Assembly (NCBI GenBank): GCA_951406725.2 | Contig: OX597825.1 | Span: 40,920,001-40,984,000, forward strand | Direction: 5' to 3' | Origin: Octopus vulgaris | Taxonomy: Eukaryota | Length of the DNA stretch: 64,000 nt | Shown here: positions 52,369 to 64,000 of the stretch, in pieces | How positions within the stretch are numbered: the first letter of the stretch is position 1 | Layout: each line of letters opens with the position of its first letter | The notes under the pieces: generated by a model | The model's input: the letters and a program-made list of their open reading frames with translations, nothing else | What the model was told of the DNA's origin: nothing | The model's database searches: none | Made by a program: the position numbers and the translations under genes

Positions 52369-54419
52369 CACACGGCTTCTGAGCTTTAGAAATAAAACTG
52401 ACCACAGTATTGACAAGCAAAAAGGCATATTAACATATTAACATTAAAAAAAGAAATTGAATAATTTTAAATTCAAGAGGTAAAAAATGATATATTATCA
52501 AAAACCAGCTGATGATAATGATATATTTTCCGGATGTGTTTAAATATACTGATTTTTAAATATTTCCTGATTCCTCACATACTAATTACAGTCATACACC
52601 ATACTACACATGCTCTAGCATTTACATATCTATGTATATATACATACACATATGTATTTCTTTTCTATTTGCTTTCTCTTCATTATCACATTTCTGATAA
52701 GTCATCCCTCATTACCATATTCCATCATGCCCCGCCACCATATTTTCAAATCTCTTTTGCACTATTTCTCCTATAGCTCTATTCCACATGTCCCTTCTAT
52801 CACACATTCACTTTCAGCTTTAGCTTAATTCTTCACTATATTTTTCTTGCTTTATATTTGTAATCTTCTTTTTGATATTCTTTGAGAAATTCTTCACTTT
52901 CTCATTACCATTTCTTAGCCAACTCCATTTTTACCATTCCTTTACTCATGTTCCTGATTTTATCTCCAAGTTATTCTTCCCTCTTAAAAATAGGAAATGG
53001 GCAGTAGAAAGGAAATGAAATATTAAGGCAAACAATGTCCCTTATCTCTTCATGAAACAACTTTTTTTTTCATATTGTTTTAGTTTCTTCTTTTATTTAT
53101 ATTGGCATCCAATATATTGATATACGTTTCATTGCTAATGCATTTTCTATTTCTTTCCCTTCCTTTAATCTGCTAGTCATATTACTATTTCTTAAATCCC
53201 CCAGCATTGACAAATGAATGGAATGCAGATATGAGATTAGAAAAATACATGTATAGAGACAAAGTTTAAAAAACGGTTTCAAAAAAGAATATATGAAAGG
53301 AAATAAAAATATACAACAATGCAAAATGTGTCTTAAAACCTTTTTCCTGACTTGAAAATTCTATCTAACTGAACAGAAAGAAAAATATTAAGATGCTTCA
53401 CAAAACATTCTCCACTTGCTGTATTGTTATATTTTCTCAGAGATGGCTTAGTATGTGGCCTGAAATGGACTTTAGTCAGGCTATGGGAATTCAATTCTCT
53501 GCTTAAAAATCTATGAAGCCATTCTTTGCATCTGCAGAAATATACCATAAGATAGCAATAACTTAATGTAAACACTGCAAATACTTTCATTTCTGTGCAT
53601 GTTGGATGCCTGTGAAGAAAAAATGTTCTACATAATTGGAACATAGAGAGATATCAGTTTTGAATACTGAATGCAAAGAGATTTTCAGGGAATATATCGA
53701 ACGGAGGCTTGGAAAGAAATTATAGAACAGAGTTCATTATGTATGTATGAATGTGTGCATGTGGGAGAGGTTGCATGTGTGTGTGTATGTGTGTGAATGC
53801 TTTAGAATAATTATTGACTCTTACTTCAAGCAAGTTATGATTGCTACCAGCTTTCCCACTTCAACATTAGTACCATTGCTGTTGAAAGCAAACATCCTTT
53901 AAAAGGATTTGGCCAATTCAAATTCTACAGAACAATAGCTTTCTTAATAATGGTATTGAACTCTGTGGCTTCAATCAATAATGTATGAGTTCAAACCAAC
54001 ATAAAGAATTGAAAAATATTCTAACAGAGGTGAGAATCATTGAACGAAAGTAAACTCCATTTGAGCCAAAGTTACAACACAACTTTCATTCTTGCTAAGT
54101 CAAATTTACTTCATTTAGATTGCTAGTGCTATTTGGAATGGCATGGTTATCCAAAGCTCATCTTTCTCTCGGTTTATATAAAACCTTTGTATTCAGTGCA
54201 AAGAAACTAATAATTTAAGTATAACCTCATGGAAAACTGTACAAATATGTAAATACTTTTACCAATGCAGTTTGAAGTCATATTCTCCTAACATGAGCAC
54301 TCAGAACACCGTATCATTATTCTAACATAAATCGCTATTGACTTAGTTTGAATGAGTGTAGCTACTGCTGGCTTTAAGAACCTCAGATAAATGAATAATT
54401 ATAGTGTCAATTGCCAGTA

Positions 54420-56130
54420 TCATAGTATATAACTTGCTGTTGGTGTTACACTGCATATTGTTATTGATGTTATACTAGAGGATACAATATGTAATGTTAC
54501 TGATGTTATTATTAAAAGACAATATGAATATTGTTACTGGTGTTGCACTGACAACAGTATATAATGTTACAGGTATCGCAGTGTGCTTACATGTAATTTG
54601 CTATTGGTGTTACCTTGTACCTTAGGAATGAACAAAATATATCTTGCTACTGATCTTACATAGCCTCCCACATAAAAATAGTAAGTGTCTTGTTAACAGG
54701 TGAGACACTGTGTACCAGAAGAATACAAAAGTTATATTGTTAGTGTCACTTCATGTGTATCACAAGAGGACACTACATAAGTTGCTACAGGTGTTACAGT
54801 GGGAATGGCTAGAAGACAATATGTACCATGTTACTTATATAACACCTTTTTCATTAAAGGACAGTATATGTATATATATTGTTATTGGTTTTAAAATATG
54901 TTTTACTAATGTTATGTCATCTATTGCTGATGCTATATTGCATCTCATGAGGACAGATTGCATTTTGCTACTATGTTACAGAGTGTCTAACAAAAGCACA
55001 GTATGAATTTTATTACAAGTATTACACTCTAACTTCTTCAAAGATATAATTGCTATATGTTGTATACTGTATAGCCAATATTTTATCTTAGTATTCATAT
55101 TCCAATTTTTTTCAGGAAAAGAATATTACTATAAAGTTACATTGTGTATATCTAAAAGACTGGTCTTCTATTTACTCCTTGCACAGGAAAATCTGGAACT
55201 TATTACTGATGTTATAGTGTCTCATTAGAGGAGACCATCTTGTTTCTGGTATTTAATGTGGTTTGCATATATCTTGTTGCCCACATTACTATTACTAGAA
55301 GGCACCATTATCTTGTTGCTCATGTTGCACTGTGTATCACTAGATATTGTGTGACATGAGTAATCAGTGTAACTAGTAGCAACATACCACTGTCTAAGAA
55401 GACAGCAGTATGTTGTAACTGGAATTACATTATGTATTGCTACAGTATAAAATGTAAATTATTGTTTTTGATACACTGTCTCACTAGAGAACAATGTGTA
55501 TCTGTTAGGTTGTGCACCATTTTGCAACAAATGTAAAACTGTCTCTCATGGAAATATCATATAACTTTTTACTGTTGTTTAGCAATGTATCAATAAAGGG
55601 CATTGTTTATGTATGTATGTATATATGCATTCATATATGTATGTATCCATGACTAGTACCTAGATTAGTAATCATATGAAACCACAGGTTTTACATCAGT
55701 CTAACCCTTTTCTAGAAGGATGCTATGACAACAGCTAAGGGTCCTCATTCCCAATGGTTTTACTGTGCACCTGACTTTATCCATCACTCCTATGACAATG
55801 GGAAAGTGGCAACATGTGTAGACGTAATCAGTCAGAAGTGCATTGTAAGTTACAACTTTTGTCTGTCGCCTACAAGTCCCCCAAACTATGCAGATCTGCA
55901 ATAGGACTGAATAGTTGAGAGGCCATGGCTGGAAAGTTAGAAATGCTATTGACAACAAGGAAGCACAAAGCAACAACAATAATCTATGAAGATGGTGCAG
56001 TCATCATATATGTCTTTTTGTTTTATGCTCTGTGTTGCTAGAGGATAGTATGTATCATGTTAGAGGTTTTGTAGCTGTACCACGAGAAGATATACTGCAA
56101 CACCAGTGTCCTGACACTGATGTTACAGAA
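54420..56130. repeat. Old, degenerate ~45-bp minisatellite array
   Basis: Recurrent tgttactg(g/a)tgttacactg..actagaggacagtatg motif through 54420-55610 and again at 56020-56130. Confidence 0.65.
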
Positions 56131-57599
56131 TGTTAGTGAAATACTTATGTCCACGCTTTATAATTCTGATCACAAATTTTAACCAAATATACTTTTCAAT
56201 CAAGTTTTTCTTTCAATACAATCGATCAATATTTATATTCTTTGTAGATCTTCCTAGTGAAATAGGGTATTTGTGGGTTAAATCTTGAATCTGAAAAAGT
56301 GGTTATAGTGGGTGTCATTAACAATTAATTTATCTAGTTAGCAACACAAGTTATATATAGTTGACACTCACTTTGAAATTTTGTAGACTGATGACTAACC
56401 AGGCAGGGTTTATCTAGAGGATTTCGATGAAATGTTTAGCATGCAGTTTTGAAGAATAAGGCTAATAGGAATGTTAAGAGAATAAATGTTGTGTAACAAG
56501 TAAACTTGAACTGCAGTCATACATAATTCACTGAATCAGTGAAGTAGAAATCGACATTGACACATGAACAGAGTGGTTGTTTTTTTGACTGTGGGATTTT
56601 TCCATATTACAAATTTATGAACCTAATGAATGATGTACAATTATCTCTACTCATCTGTTACACCCTGTTTTCATTCATCATTTCTGCTGTGCCATATTCC
56701 ACAAACCTCTCACTAAGTATTTCATTCGATGAAGTGTAGCATATGTTATACAGATAATCAGGAACTGTACAGTGCTGAAGTTGTTTCTGTTTCTGGTCAT
56801 GCAGAGAAAGAAGAGCAAATATGATCATGAGAGAAATTTGAAGCCTGTATTGAATTTAGTAGAGCCATTGGTAAATATGATGCTGATAGTGATTTTGATG
56901 CTGTTGAATTAGCCTGCATTGATTGGATGATGATGCTTTAATTATGTTATCTGATCACAATAGAAGTCTATACTTCTGAAGTAGTATATGTTTTACATGT
57001 GATACTTAAATTGTGAGTGTGTGAAACATACGTGTGAATGATTAGAATATCTGTGTAGATATCATTTGCAGAGAAGTGTTGGTTATTAGGAATAACTGAA
57101 TGCAGGTGAGTAGTGAGAGGAGGAATATGCAAGACATAACTGAGCTCTGTGTTACATTTGAGATAGCAGAATGTTTCAGAGACCACGCAATCTACATACA
57201 CTGAGAAAATGTCTGTCATGAAATTTCCTATTTAAGAAATGAAAAATGTATGTTACACTGAAGCAGATAACATTTATGTGGTTCTTGTACCATATTCTGT
57301 TGATGGCTGCTATTATGTCAAATGTAATATTGATTTTGCCAAATTTCTCAAAAGTAACTTAGAATAGTTTTGGCGCCACATAAATTTTTGCAGGGAAGAA
57401 GGTGGGTGTCATTTACACAGAAAAAGACATCTGATGGTAAATTTAGTTGTCACTATCAACTCTTTCCTTCAGCTTTGAGACACCAGAACTGAGAAAGCAA
57501 TAGGCTAGTAAATAGCAAAGCTGTAGAGAATGGAAGAGTATAAACCTAAATTTTTTTTGCAAACATGCTAAAGAATCAAACACAGTGCATTACTAAAGA

Positions 57600-59300
57600 G
57601 AGTCATCGTTCCAAAGAGATAACACATTAACAATATACCTCAGAAGGTTAACTTAAATACTGAATAAACAGTTCAAAACCGTTTTTAATTCCTCACATGG
57701 ACACATTCAAATAAACAAGGCAGATGAGTTTTTGACACCATAGCCCTAATAAGGGAGTGACGACCATCAAATACGTTTACATCAAGAGGAATATATAACA
57801 TTGGCTCTCAATAGAATAAGCTTAAATTCAGGAACAGAGTCTAGTGGATTTCCAGCAATCTTTCTAAAAGATTGTAAACTAGATTTAGCCAAAGATTCCA
57901 AATGCCTTTTCAAATCTTCTTCACCTGTAGAAAATATTTAAAAATTAAAAGAAGGCCTATACATACAAGAGAAGACAGAACAGATAATGAAAATTACAGG
58001 TCTGTCTCTCTAAATTCATAAATCAGTAAAAGTTATATGGGAAGAATGGATTAAGAGACAGGAAAATGATCATGTTTTCAGAAATCAATGTCTTGCTAAT
58101 ACTCAGCAGGATTTTTGCCTAGGAAGAATTTGACTTACACAGCATTACAAGTGGGTGCTGGGACATATATTCTACCCTATGAACATGGATATTGTATATT
58201 ACAACTTTTCAAAGGCCTCCAGTTTGATATTGGCCATAAGAGAATGTGTCAGAATGTGTCTATTGACAGCCAAATTATGTTATCTCAGCATATTTTAAAA
58301 TGAAGAGAGTAACCAAATTACTTATTAAGAAGCAGAAGTCAGACAAAGGTACTCTCTGAAAGAGACACCAATGTTCAGAGGAGTTTTAGAGCCATTGTTA
58401 TAAAAGCGCTATTAAACATACCATCACTTATACAAACAGTAACTGTTATAAGCTATGCTGATGATACAAAATTATGACAGGTGATTAAGAATACTGGTTA
58501 TGCTGCACACCTACAACAAGACCAAATGGGCTGAAGAAAAAACATTCAAGGCTAGGAAATTCCAAGCTCTTTGCAATCTGCTCACAAACACACCAGAACT
58601 AAGATATACAGGATGTGGAGGGATTGCAACTCCAGAAATAGTCATTACTGAGAAATGGTATATCTTTTCCTGTACATATTACCAAGACACCAGTGATATG
58701 TAAAAAGATGACAAAATGGATCTTGAGATCATTCAGTACAAAAGATTGGGAAACAATGTTGCTTTTGTGAAGAAAAACTCATACTCAGCTGTCTAGATTA
58801 CTGCTCACAACTACGGTTACCAAAGAGTGATAGACTAAGAAGAGATTTTGAAGCAATCCAACAAAGTAACACAAACACAATAACCTCACTGCAACAGCTG
58901 AGCTACAGAGAGAGAGTGAGAGAGAGAGAAAGAGAGAGAGTGAAAGTGTCAAGACTCAACTCATTGTTGATAAGAAAATGATATGCAATGATTAATACAC
59001 AGAATATCCTTAAAGGGCTAATGCCAAACTTTGGTACAGAAAACTATAACAATCCCTGAACCAGTCACCACAACATAGTCCTAAAAGTCTCATTCTCTCC
59101 ATCCAAAGTTAAAACAACATACTGAAAAGGTTTTGCAAAATTTTGCCACAGAAATCAAGAATTCTACATTGAGTGAATGCAAAAGTATTCAAGAAATGCT
59201 TGGATACTCTATAATACAAGGCTCCAGATGAACCAACATCATGTCAAGTAATGCAACTGAAGACAGCATCATCATATTTCCTCACACACACTAAAAGCTA
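57600..59300 (+). mobile_element. Highly degraded CR1-clade LINE (RT region)
   Basis: GFPAIFLKDC, ENYRSVS, SYADDTK, LDYCSQL, PDEP remnants in order. Confidence 0.75.
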
Positions 59301-61179
59301 ATTACTGTACCAATTTCATTGGAAGTGCTCTGGCATGGTTGTAGACATCAAGGTGGAACTAGTAAGAGTCACATATCAGCTTAAGGTCACTTAGTAACAA
59401 TAGGCCACCAATGTATCAGCATTAGGTCAAACAGATATCGATTTTCTATCATTATAAGCTCAACACATGATTTATATTTACTTACTTGAACATTCGTATT
59501 GAAAAATACAGTGTCTTTTGAGGTCAATTATATTCCATAAGAATTCATTTCCATGTAAACTTTTTTCCCTCAACTGCTTATCGAAGTTAGATATCTGAAT
59601 TGTCATTTCCCCATGGTTTCTCTATGTCAAAATGTTGTCATACTTATCTCTCTCAGTCCTTTTTCCCCCCCCACCCTTTTTAATATTCAATATTAGTGAT
59701 GTGTTCACTAATTCGTCTTTTGAAGTGTGCTTGAAGAAAATAATCATCTTTCAGTAATAGAAAAGTTTTGATCACTGAAATGGCTGATATTCGTCAAAAA
59801 AATATATAAAAGAACTATAATGAGAAATGAGTCTTCAATTACATTTACGCAGCAAGTGTTTTGAAAGAGGAAGTAAAATGAAGGTGAGAAAGAAAGAATA
59901 ACAACAATATCTCAGCTCATTAAAACTTTTCCCTCCACATATGTACAGATTAATGGTTAAGTGGACATTTTTATAGGAAATTTTATGCTATTATTGTTTC
60001 AGAACCTAAACCTAAGCAATTTTCACTGCCATTGAAAAGTGTATAACTTTCCATTCTCTTGGTTTAGAACACTGAATGTTTTGTTTTAAGTTGAATAATA
60101 CATCATACTTAACTGACGATTATACCTGTTTCATGATTATAATAATTATTATTGTGGATTTACAGCACAAAGACAGGTCTTAGAGCAGCTTCTTGTTTTC
60201 TTTAATGTAAATTAGATATGTTTTTGTTTGTTACATTGTTATTGTAGCAAGAAGGTTGATGAGAACTTAATTGTTATATATTTCCTTATTTAGAGGAAAA
60301 TGTATTGTCTATTGTTATTTGTTTTTGGCACTGCTACAGAAAATGTAATCCAGTATGCTTACAACAGTGGTAAAAAGAAGAAAACAGTACAAAAAACTGG
60401 CAGTAGTCTGTGTCAGAAAACAAAAAAATAATATTACACTACATTAGTGAACTCTCATACAGAAAAATGGAGTATGGTTGTTGTGGGGTGAAAGAAATCT
60501 CACACACACACACAAAGAGAGCTTCAAACAATCAGATTCTTCTCACAATATATGAATTCCTTCAATCGGACAAACTTCACAGTGTAATAGTTGTAGTAAT
60601 TATTATATTTAGAGAAGAATGAGCAAATGGCAATAAATCAAACTTCAGCAACAATGCCAATTCAATAACAACACCTACAGGAACATAATAGCAATATTAT
60701 GAACAAAACTAGCAATATCAATTAAAAACCCATAAATGGACTCTTACCTATGATAACTTTGGTAAAAGCAATCTGTTATACATGGCATTTATAAAGCCAT
60801 CAGTCTAATCTGAGAACCAACCACCTAAGATGCTTCCTTGTAAGCTCCATAAGTATCTCATCTTTCAGTCTCCAAGCTTTCTACCATAATTCATCACCAC
60901 AGCATACAGTGATAGTACTGTCCAGCCCTAATTTTGTCAACCCTAATGAACCCCAACTTTCAGTTATGTTACTAGCATTCTTTCCTTCTATACATAAAAA
61001 AGGAGAAACTTATTTCCTCTCGCTTATAACAAAACACATTAATTGATAGAAGGTTCAAGATCTCACTTCCTTAAAACATTTTGAATGTATGAATTATCAA
61101 TGTTTTCACCAGGATCCTGCCTAAAAGATTAGTTATCAAGAAGCAGAGACTAGTACAATAACTTCTATATCACTGGTGT

Positions 61180-62265
61180 GGGTGTGGCTGTATGGTAAGA
61201 AGTTTGCTTCCCAAACACATAGCTCTGAGTTCAGTCTCACTCCAGGACATCTCAGGAAATTGTCTTCTGCTATATCCCAGGGCTAAGCAATGCATTGTGA
61301 TTTGGACTGGTAGACAGAAACTGAAAGAAATGTGTTGACTGTACAAATGTATATATGTGTATATGTGTGAATGAGTATGTGTTTGTGCTTGACAACCTGT
61401 GTCGGTTTGTTTACATCCTCATAATTTAGTGGTTCCACATGCATCAAATGATTCTCAGTTTAAATAATTTCTAACAGGAATCTTCTTGCATGTTTCTTAT
61501 ACATATACGATTTTGTAATTCCTATTAATAAGCAAATGTAATAAGTGTATTGGTGAATAAATAATACCAAAAAATTGGCCAGATTCCTGTTTTATTTTAT
61601 ATATGGGAGGTATAGGATGGATGTATAGCATATGCATTGCCTTTTCCCTTTCTTTTAAAGCCAACTATAAACTTCTAAAAATTTCAATTGAACAGAGGTG
61701 TTATGGGGAGGGAAGATCATACAGAGACTTAACTTTTCCCTCACCAATAGATGACATATTTATTACTGGTGATGGATCACCAAATACTAACAATGCATTA
61801 AAGTTAAACTCTCTATAACTCCATATCAAATGCCGCATTTACAGGTCCAGGCATAGCTGTGTGATAAAAAAGCTCACTTTGCTGTTGCATAGGTTTGGGT
61901 CTGGTCCCACTGCGCAGTAACTTGGACTCATGTGTCCCAGATTGATCAACACCATGTGACTTCGGAGATGGAAACTATGTAAAAGTCTATCACGTGTGTG
62001 TACACGTGTGTATGTGTGTGTGTGTAAACGTATGTATGTGTGTGTGTACACATGTGTATATCTTTGTGTTTGTTCACCTTCTTACCACTTGATAACTGGT
62101 GTTGTTTCTTTTTAAGCTTCTGTATCTTGTAGTTAGTCAAAAGAAGGTAATAGAATAAGTACCAGACTTAAGTACTGATGTCCAGTTGCTATATGAAACC
62201 CTTCAATGTGGTGCCACAGCATGAACGCAGTCCAATGACTGCAACAAGTGAAAGTTAAAAAAAAA
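61180..62265 (+). mobile_element. Two SINE copies of the second family (61180-61435 and 61848-62265)
   Basis: ggctgtatggtaagaagtttgcttccc head, gaaact..aa core, (TG)n, atagaataagtaccag. Confidence 0.7.
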
Positions 62266-62309
62266 GATAACCATGTAATATAGACATAACCAGCCAGGAT
62301 CCCTAGTCT

Positions 62310-62628
62310 GGTGGTACGTAAAAAGCACTATCCAACTCGTGGCCGATGCCAGCGCCGCCTCAACTGGCTTCCATGCTGGTGGCACATAAAATACACCAAT
62401 CTGACCGTGGCCATTGCCAGCCTCGCCTGGCACCTGTGCAGGTGGCACGTAAAAAGCACCCACTACACTCACGGAGTGGTTGGCGTTAGGAAGGGCATCC
62501 AGCTGTAGAAACATTGCCAGATAAGACTGGAGCCTGGTGCAGCCTTCTGGCTTCCCAGATCCCCGGTCGAACCGTCCAACTCATGCTAGCATGGAGAACG
62601 GACGTTAAACGATGATGATGATGATGAT
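62310..62628 (+). mobile_element. Young SINE with RTE-type 3' tail and (GAT)n end
   Basis: ggtggcacgtaaaaagcac repeats, ggttggcgttaggaagggcatccagctgtagaaac, catggagaacggacgttaaac(gat)n. Confidence 0.85.
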
Positions 62629-64000
62629 CCAAGCATTCCAGCAAATTTTCATGATATTCATCAGTAAATAAGATCTTTTTTTATTATTTGTTTTGCGGTT
62701 TCATCTCCAATGAACAAGTTTTCTCTTAAACAAATAGTTGAGGAATTCAAACATTGTCTAGCTGTTTAAATGCTTGTTTAAAAGAACCACAGATCAAAAT
62801 GATCCTTTGTAGCATGTCGTTGCTATGAAGTAATTTCAGCAGACTGTACAGCAAGATTCTTTAATACATGCCTGACTTTATATCAATGTGTTTAAAAGGG
62901 GTGACACTTTATTCCCTGTTTATTGAAGGATCTATTTTAATGCTGCTCTAGAATAGCATTTACATATTTTTGGGAAGGTGTATATTTCTGCACATTTTTA
63001 GTGAAGTATTTTAGGAAATCTAAAACAGAGCTTGCATTAACTTACTTATTGTGATATATTAATATTGGCAGGTAAATGAACTGAGTGGTGTTCTAAATGA
63101 CATTCCTTTTTAGGAGCTAGGATGGTTGGTTGTAATATATACATAAAATACATTTCAGATTATTCGTATATTTTGATATTTTTATCTGGTGTACTCTGAG
63201 ATCACAAGTTGGCATGAGATCTTATCAGCAGCCAATGGCTATCTTCAATATAGTAACATCAAATGTCAGCAACAGATAATTCCAAGTGATTATGTAGTAA
63301 AGGAGAAAGTGATGGTTGAATCAATAGGGTCTTGGAAACCAGTGCCGAGGTTATTCACATTCTGACATCACTATCACAATTTTACCATAGAAAATGTAGT
63401 TTTCAACAGCTTAGTTCACCAGCAACAATTTGGTTTTCCATGGTGATAAAACCAACCTTTGTTATTCTTTTACTGTGTGAAGTTCAGTTCTGTGTGCATG
63501 AGTTTTCTGTATGAGGTTCAGTTCTACCTGCAAGAAAAATTAACTTCATGACAAATAAACAAATAAAATGCTCAAAAATACTAGAGCAATCTACTTTTTC
63601 AAACACCATTCACAAGTTGAGATAGTCATATACCATTTAGATACAAGAAAGCAGATATTTCTTTCTGGGCCTTTTGATTCTAGTCTTTATTGCCATATTT
63701 GAAATCAAAAAATAAGTTTTTTATGATATGATGCTTATTTTATGATGTTAAAAATTATTATATTGTATTTGAATATCACCAGATAGTGCTGAGAATTGCT
63801 TCTCTGAAAAAATATCATCCTCCTATTATTATTTCTAAAATATATACAGATCTTTAGAGTTACAAATGCACATCAACCATTAGTCTATGCTTTATACTCC
63901 TTTGTTCTTTTCATTATCTGCACTACAATAGACTCTGTATCCCTGAACTACCAAGATATGGATGACTATCTTTGATGTTCGTTTAATACATCTATCCAGC

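Noticed and set aside
52060-52441. Transmembrane-like (FILLFLA)n, Pro-rich and basic (RKRRMKA)n ORFs
   Set aside because: Alternative frames of the 21-bp minisatellite
54420-56130. CRISPR-like periodicity
   Set aside because: Units are degenerate with no constant repeat/unique spacer structure, there are no cas genes, and the context is eukaryotic
60748-60988. Minus-strand exon-like segment with good splice signals
   Set aside because: Stops in all frames; part resembles a LINE remnant (ELTRKHLRWL)

Overview
AT-rich, microsatellite-laden eukaryotic DNA. The SINE families and (TA)n/(CA)n/(TAGA)n tracts point to an Octopus genome (inference). No host protein-coding gene, rRNA, tRNA or CRISPR array can be supported. 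The window is a nest of transposable elements. DNA transposons: two decayed IR/DR Tc1 elements, a decayed mariner, a mariner fold-back MITE, several long-TIR MITEs, a Helitron, and one apparently intact rosa/DD41D-like element with a DD38D triad and perfect 26-bp TIRs (36496-37896). Retroelements: four Penelope-like (PLE) fragments, plus RTE, Tx1, R4-like, CR1, Gypsy and possibly BEL fragments. The most interesting signals are (i) minimal hammerhead-ribozyme motifs at PLE ends, one intact and one with a U3-A8 covariant core; (ii) PLE insertions accompanied by inverted copies of flanking DNA; (iii) a PLE with an in-frame poly-Asn linker and a ~105-bp (CG)n tract; and (iv) a Helitron flanked by a 15-bp direct repeat. 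Boundaries were read by eye and are approximate unless TIRs or TSDs are quoted.
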